A DNA stretch of 63,311 bases, filler included, from Octopus bimaculoides (Eukaryota), in assembly GCF_001194135.2 (NCBI RefSeq). It is 5 parts of 5 records of this genome, joined end to end, with 100 filler letters (N's around TTAATTAATTAA, not from the genome) between each part and the next. Parts side by side here need not be neighbours in the genome. Positions count along the whole stretch, not along the records: positions 60,951 to 63,311 come from NC_069007.1; 4 more parts are not named here. One strand, given 5' to 3'. Positions 62,468 to 63,311 of this stretch are shown one piece after another; the stretch's first letter is position 1; each line of letters opens with the position of its first letter. A program made the position numbers and the translations under genes. The notes beneath the pieces are model-generated. The model made no database searches, was not told the origin of the DNA, and saw nothing but the letters and a program-made list of their open reading frames with translations.

Positions 62468-62930
62468 AATCATCGTTTAACGTCAGCTTTCTATGCTGGC
62501 ATGGGTTGGACGGTTTTACTGGGAACAAGTGAGCCAGATGGCTGCACCAGGCTCCAATCTGATCTGGCAGAGTTTCTACAGCTGGATGCCCTTCCTAATG
62601 CCAAACACTCCAAGAGTGTAGTGGGTGCTTTTACGTGCCACCGGCACTAAGGCCAGTCAGGCAGTACTGGCAACAGCCATGCTCAAATGGTGTTTTTTAT
62701 GTGTCACCTGCACAGGAGCCAGTCCAGCAGCACTGGCAACGTCCTCGCTCGAATGCTGTTTTCCACATACCACCGGCGCAAGTGCTATTAAGGCGACGCT
62801 GGTAACAATCACACTCGAATGGTGTTTTTACGTGCCACTGGCACAGGGCCACACAGCGGCCCTGGCAATGATCATGTTCGGATGGTGCTCTTAGCGCTCC
62901 ACTAGCACGGATGCCAGTCATGCAGTGTTG
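62468..62930 (-). mobile_element. Retroposon 3' end with internal about 66-bp tandem array
   Basis: Minus strand ends ...AGGAAGGGCATCCAGCTGTAGAAAC...CCAGCATAGAAAGCTGACGTTAAACGATG(ATT)n; upstream about 4.5 units of GTGCCACCGGCAC...CTGGCAAC...GCTCGAATGGTGTTTTTAC. Confidence 0.65.
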
Positions 62931-62934
62931 TCAT

Positions 62935-63090
62935 CGAATTTTGGCACAAGGCCAGAAATTTTGGGGAGGGAATAAGTTGATTTCATTGACCCCAATACTC
63001 AACTGGTACTTATTTTATCAACTCCAAAAGGATGAAAGGTAAAGTCAACCACAGTGGAATTTGAACTCAGAATGTAAAGACAGACGAAAT
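62935..63090 (-). mobile_element. SINE family B
   Basis: Reverse complement of the family B core and tail. Confidence 0.78.
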
Positions 63091-63227
63091 GGTTCTCTGG
63101 TGATTTTGGAGAGTTGAAACGAGAAGGTCGTCTTGGTGAGTTTTTATTTCAGAATGTACAGAACAAAACATTTTTTGAAAATTAAAAAAAATACAAAAGC
63201 TATGAGCAGTCATACAGAATCTTCTTA

Positions 63228-63311
63228 AGAACTATGTTGAGGGTATGCATGTCTGTGGAGTACTCAGCCACCAGCACATTAATTTCATGAGCAGGCTGTT
63301 CCATTGATCGG
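63228..63311 (+). mobile_element. SINE family A 3' module, cut by window end
   Basis: GTCTGTGGAGTACTCAGCCACCAGCACATTAATTTCATGAGCAGGCTGTTCCATTGATCGG. Confidence 0.85.

Noticed and set aside
61458-62930. CRISPR-like arrays (60-bp and 66-bp periodic repeats)
   Set aside because: Whole units are homologous with no unique spacers, the DNA is eukaryotic, and there are no cas genes.

Overview
Eukaryotic, AT-rich, microsatellite-saturated animal DNA. It is most likely an octopus draft assembly; this is inferred from the SINE families and repeat landscape, not proven. The window is not one locus. Four identical artificial spacers (44 N + TTAATTAATTAA + 44 N) join five independent scaffolds: 1-5335, 5436-33080, 33181-43672, 43773-60850 and 60951-63311. 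Only two host coding exons are well supported: an Nkx6/HGTX homeobox exon (32620-32798, +) and an integrin-beta exon (62127-62201, -). Each lies near a scaffold end. The rest is mobile-element debris: three or four tRNA-derived SINE families, two mariner relics, RTE LINE ends, a TTAA-flanked MITE, and Penelope-like elements (two GIY-YIG fragments, one RT fragment). Several hammerhead-ribozyme (HHR) motifs are present. The most unusual signal is at 48461-48519 (-): all hammerhead core nucleotides and three in-register helices are present, but the three strand segments are in reversed cyclic order, which is not type I, II or III and implies a triple-crossing pseudoknot or a multimer. Most long ORFs in the supplied track are microsatellite or N-gap artefacts.
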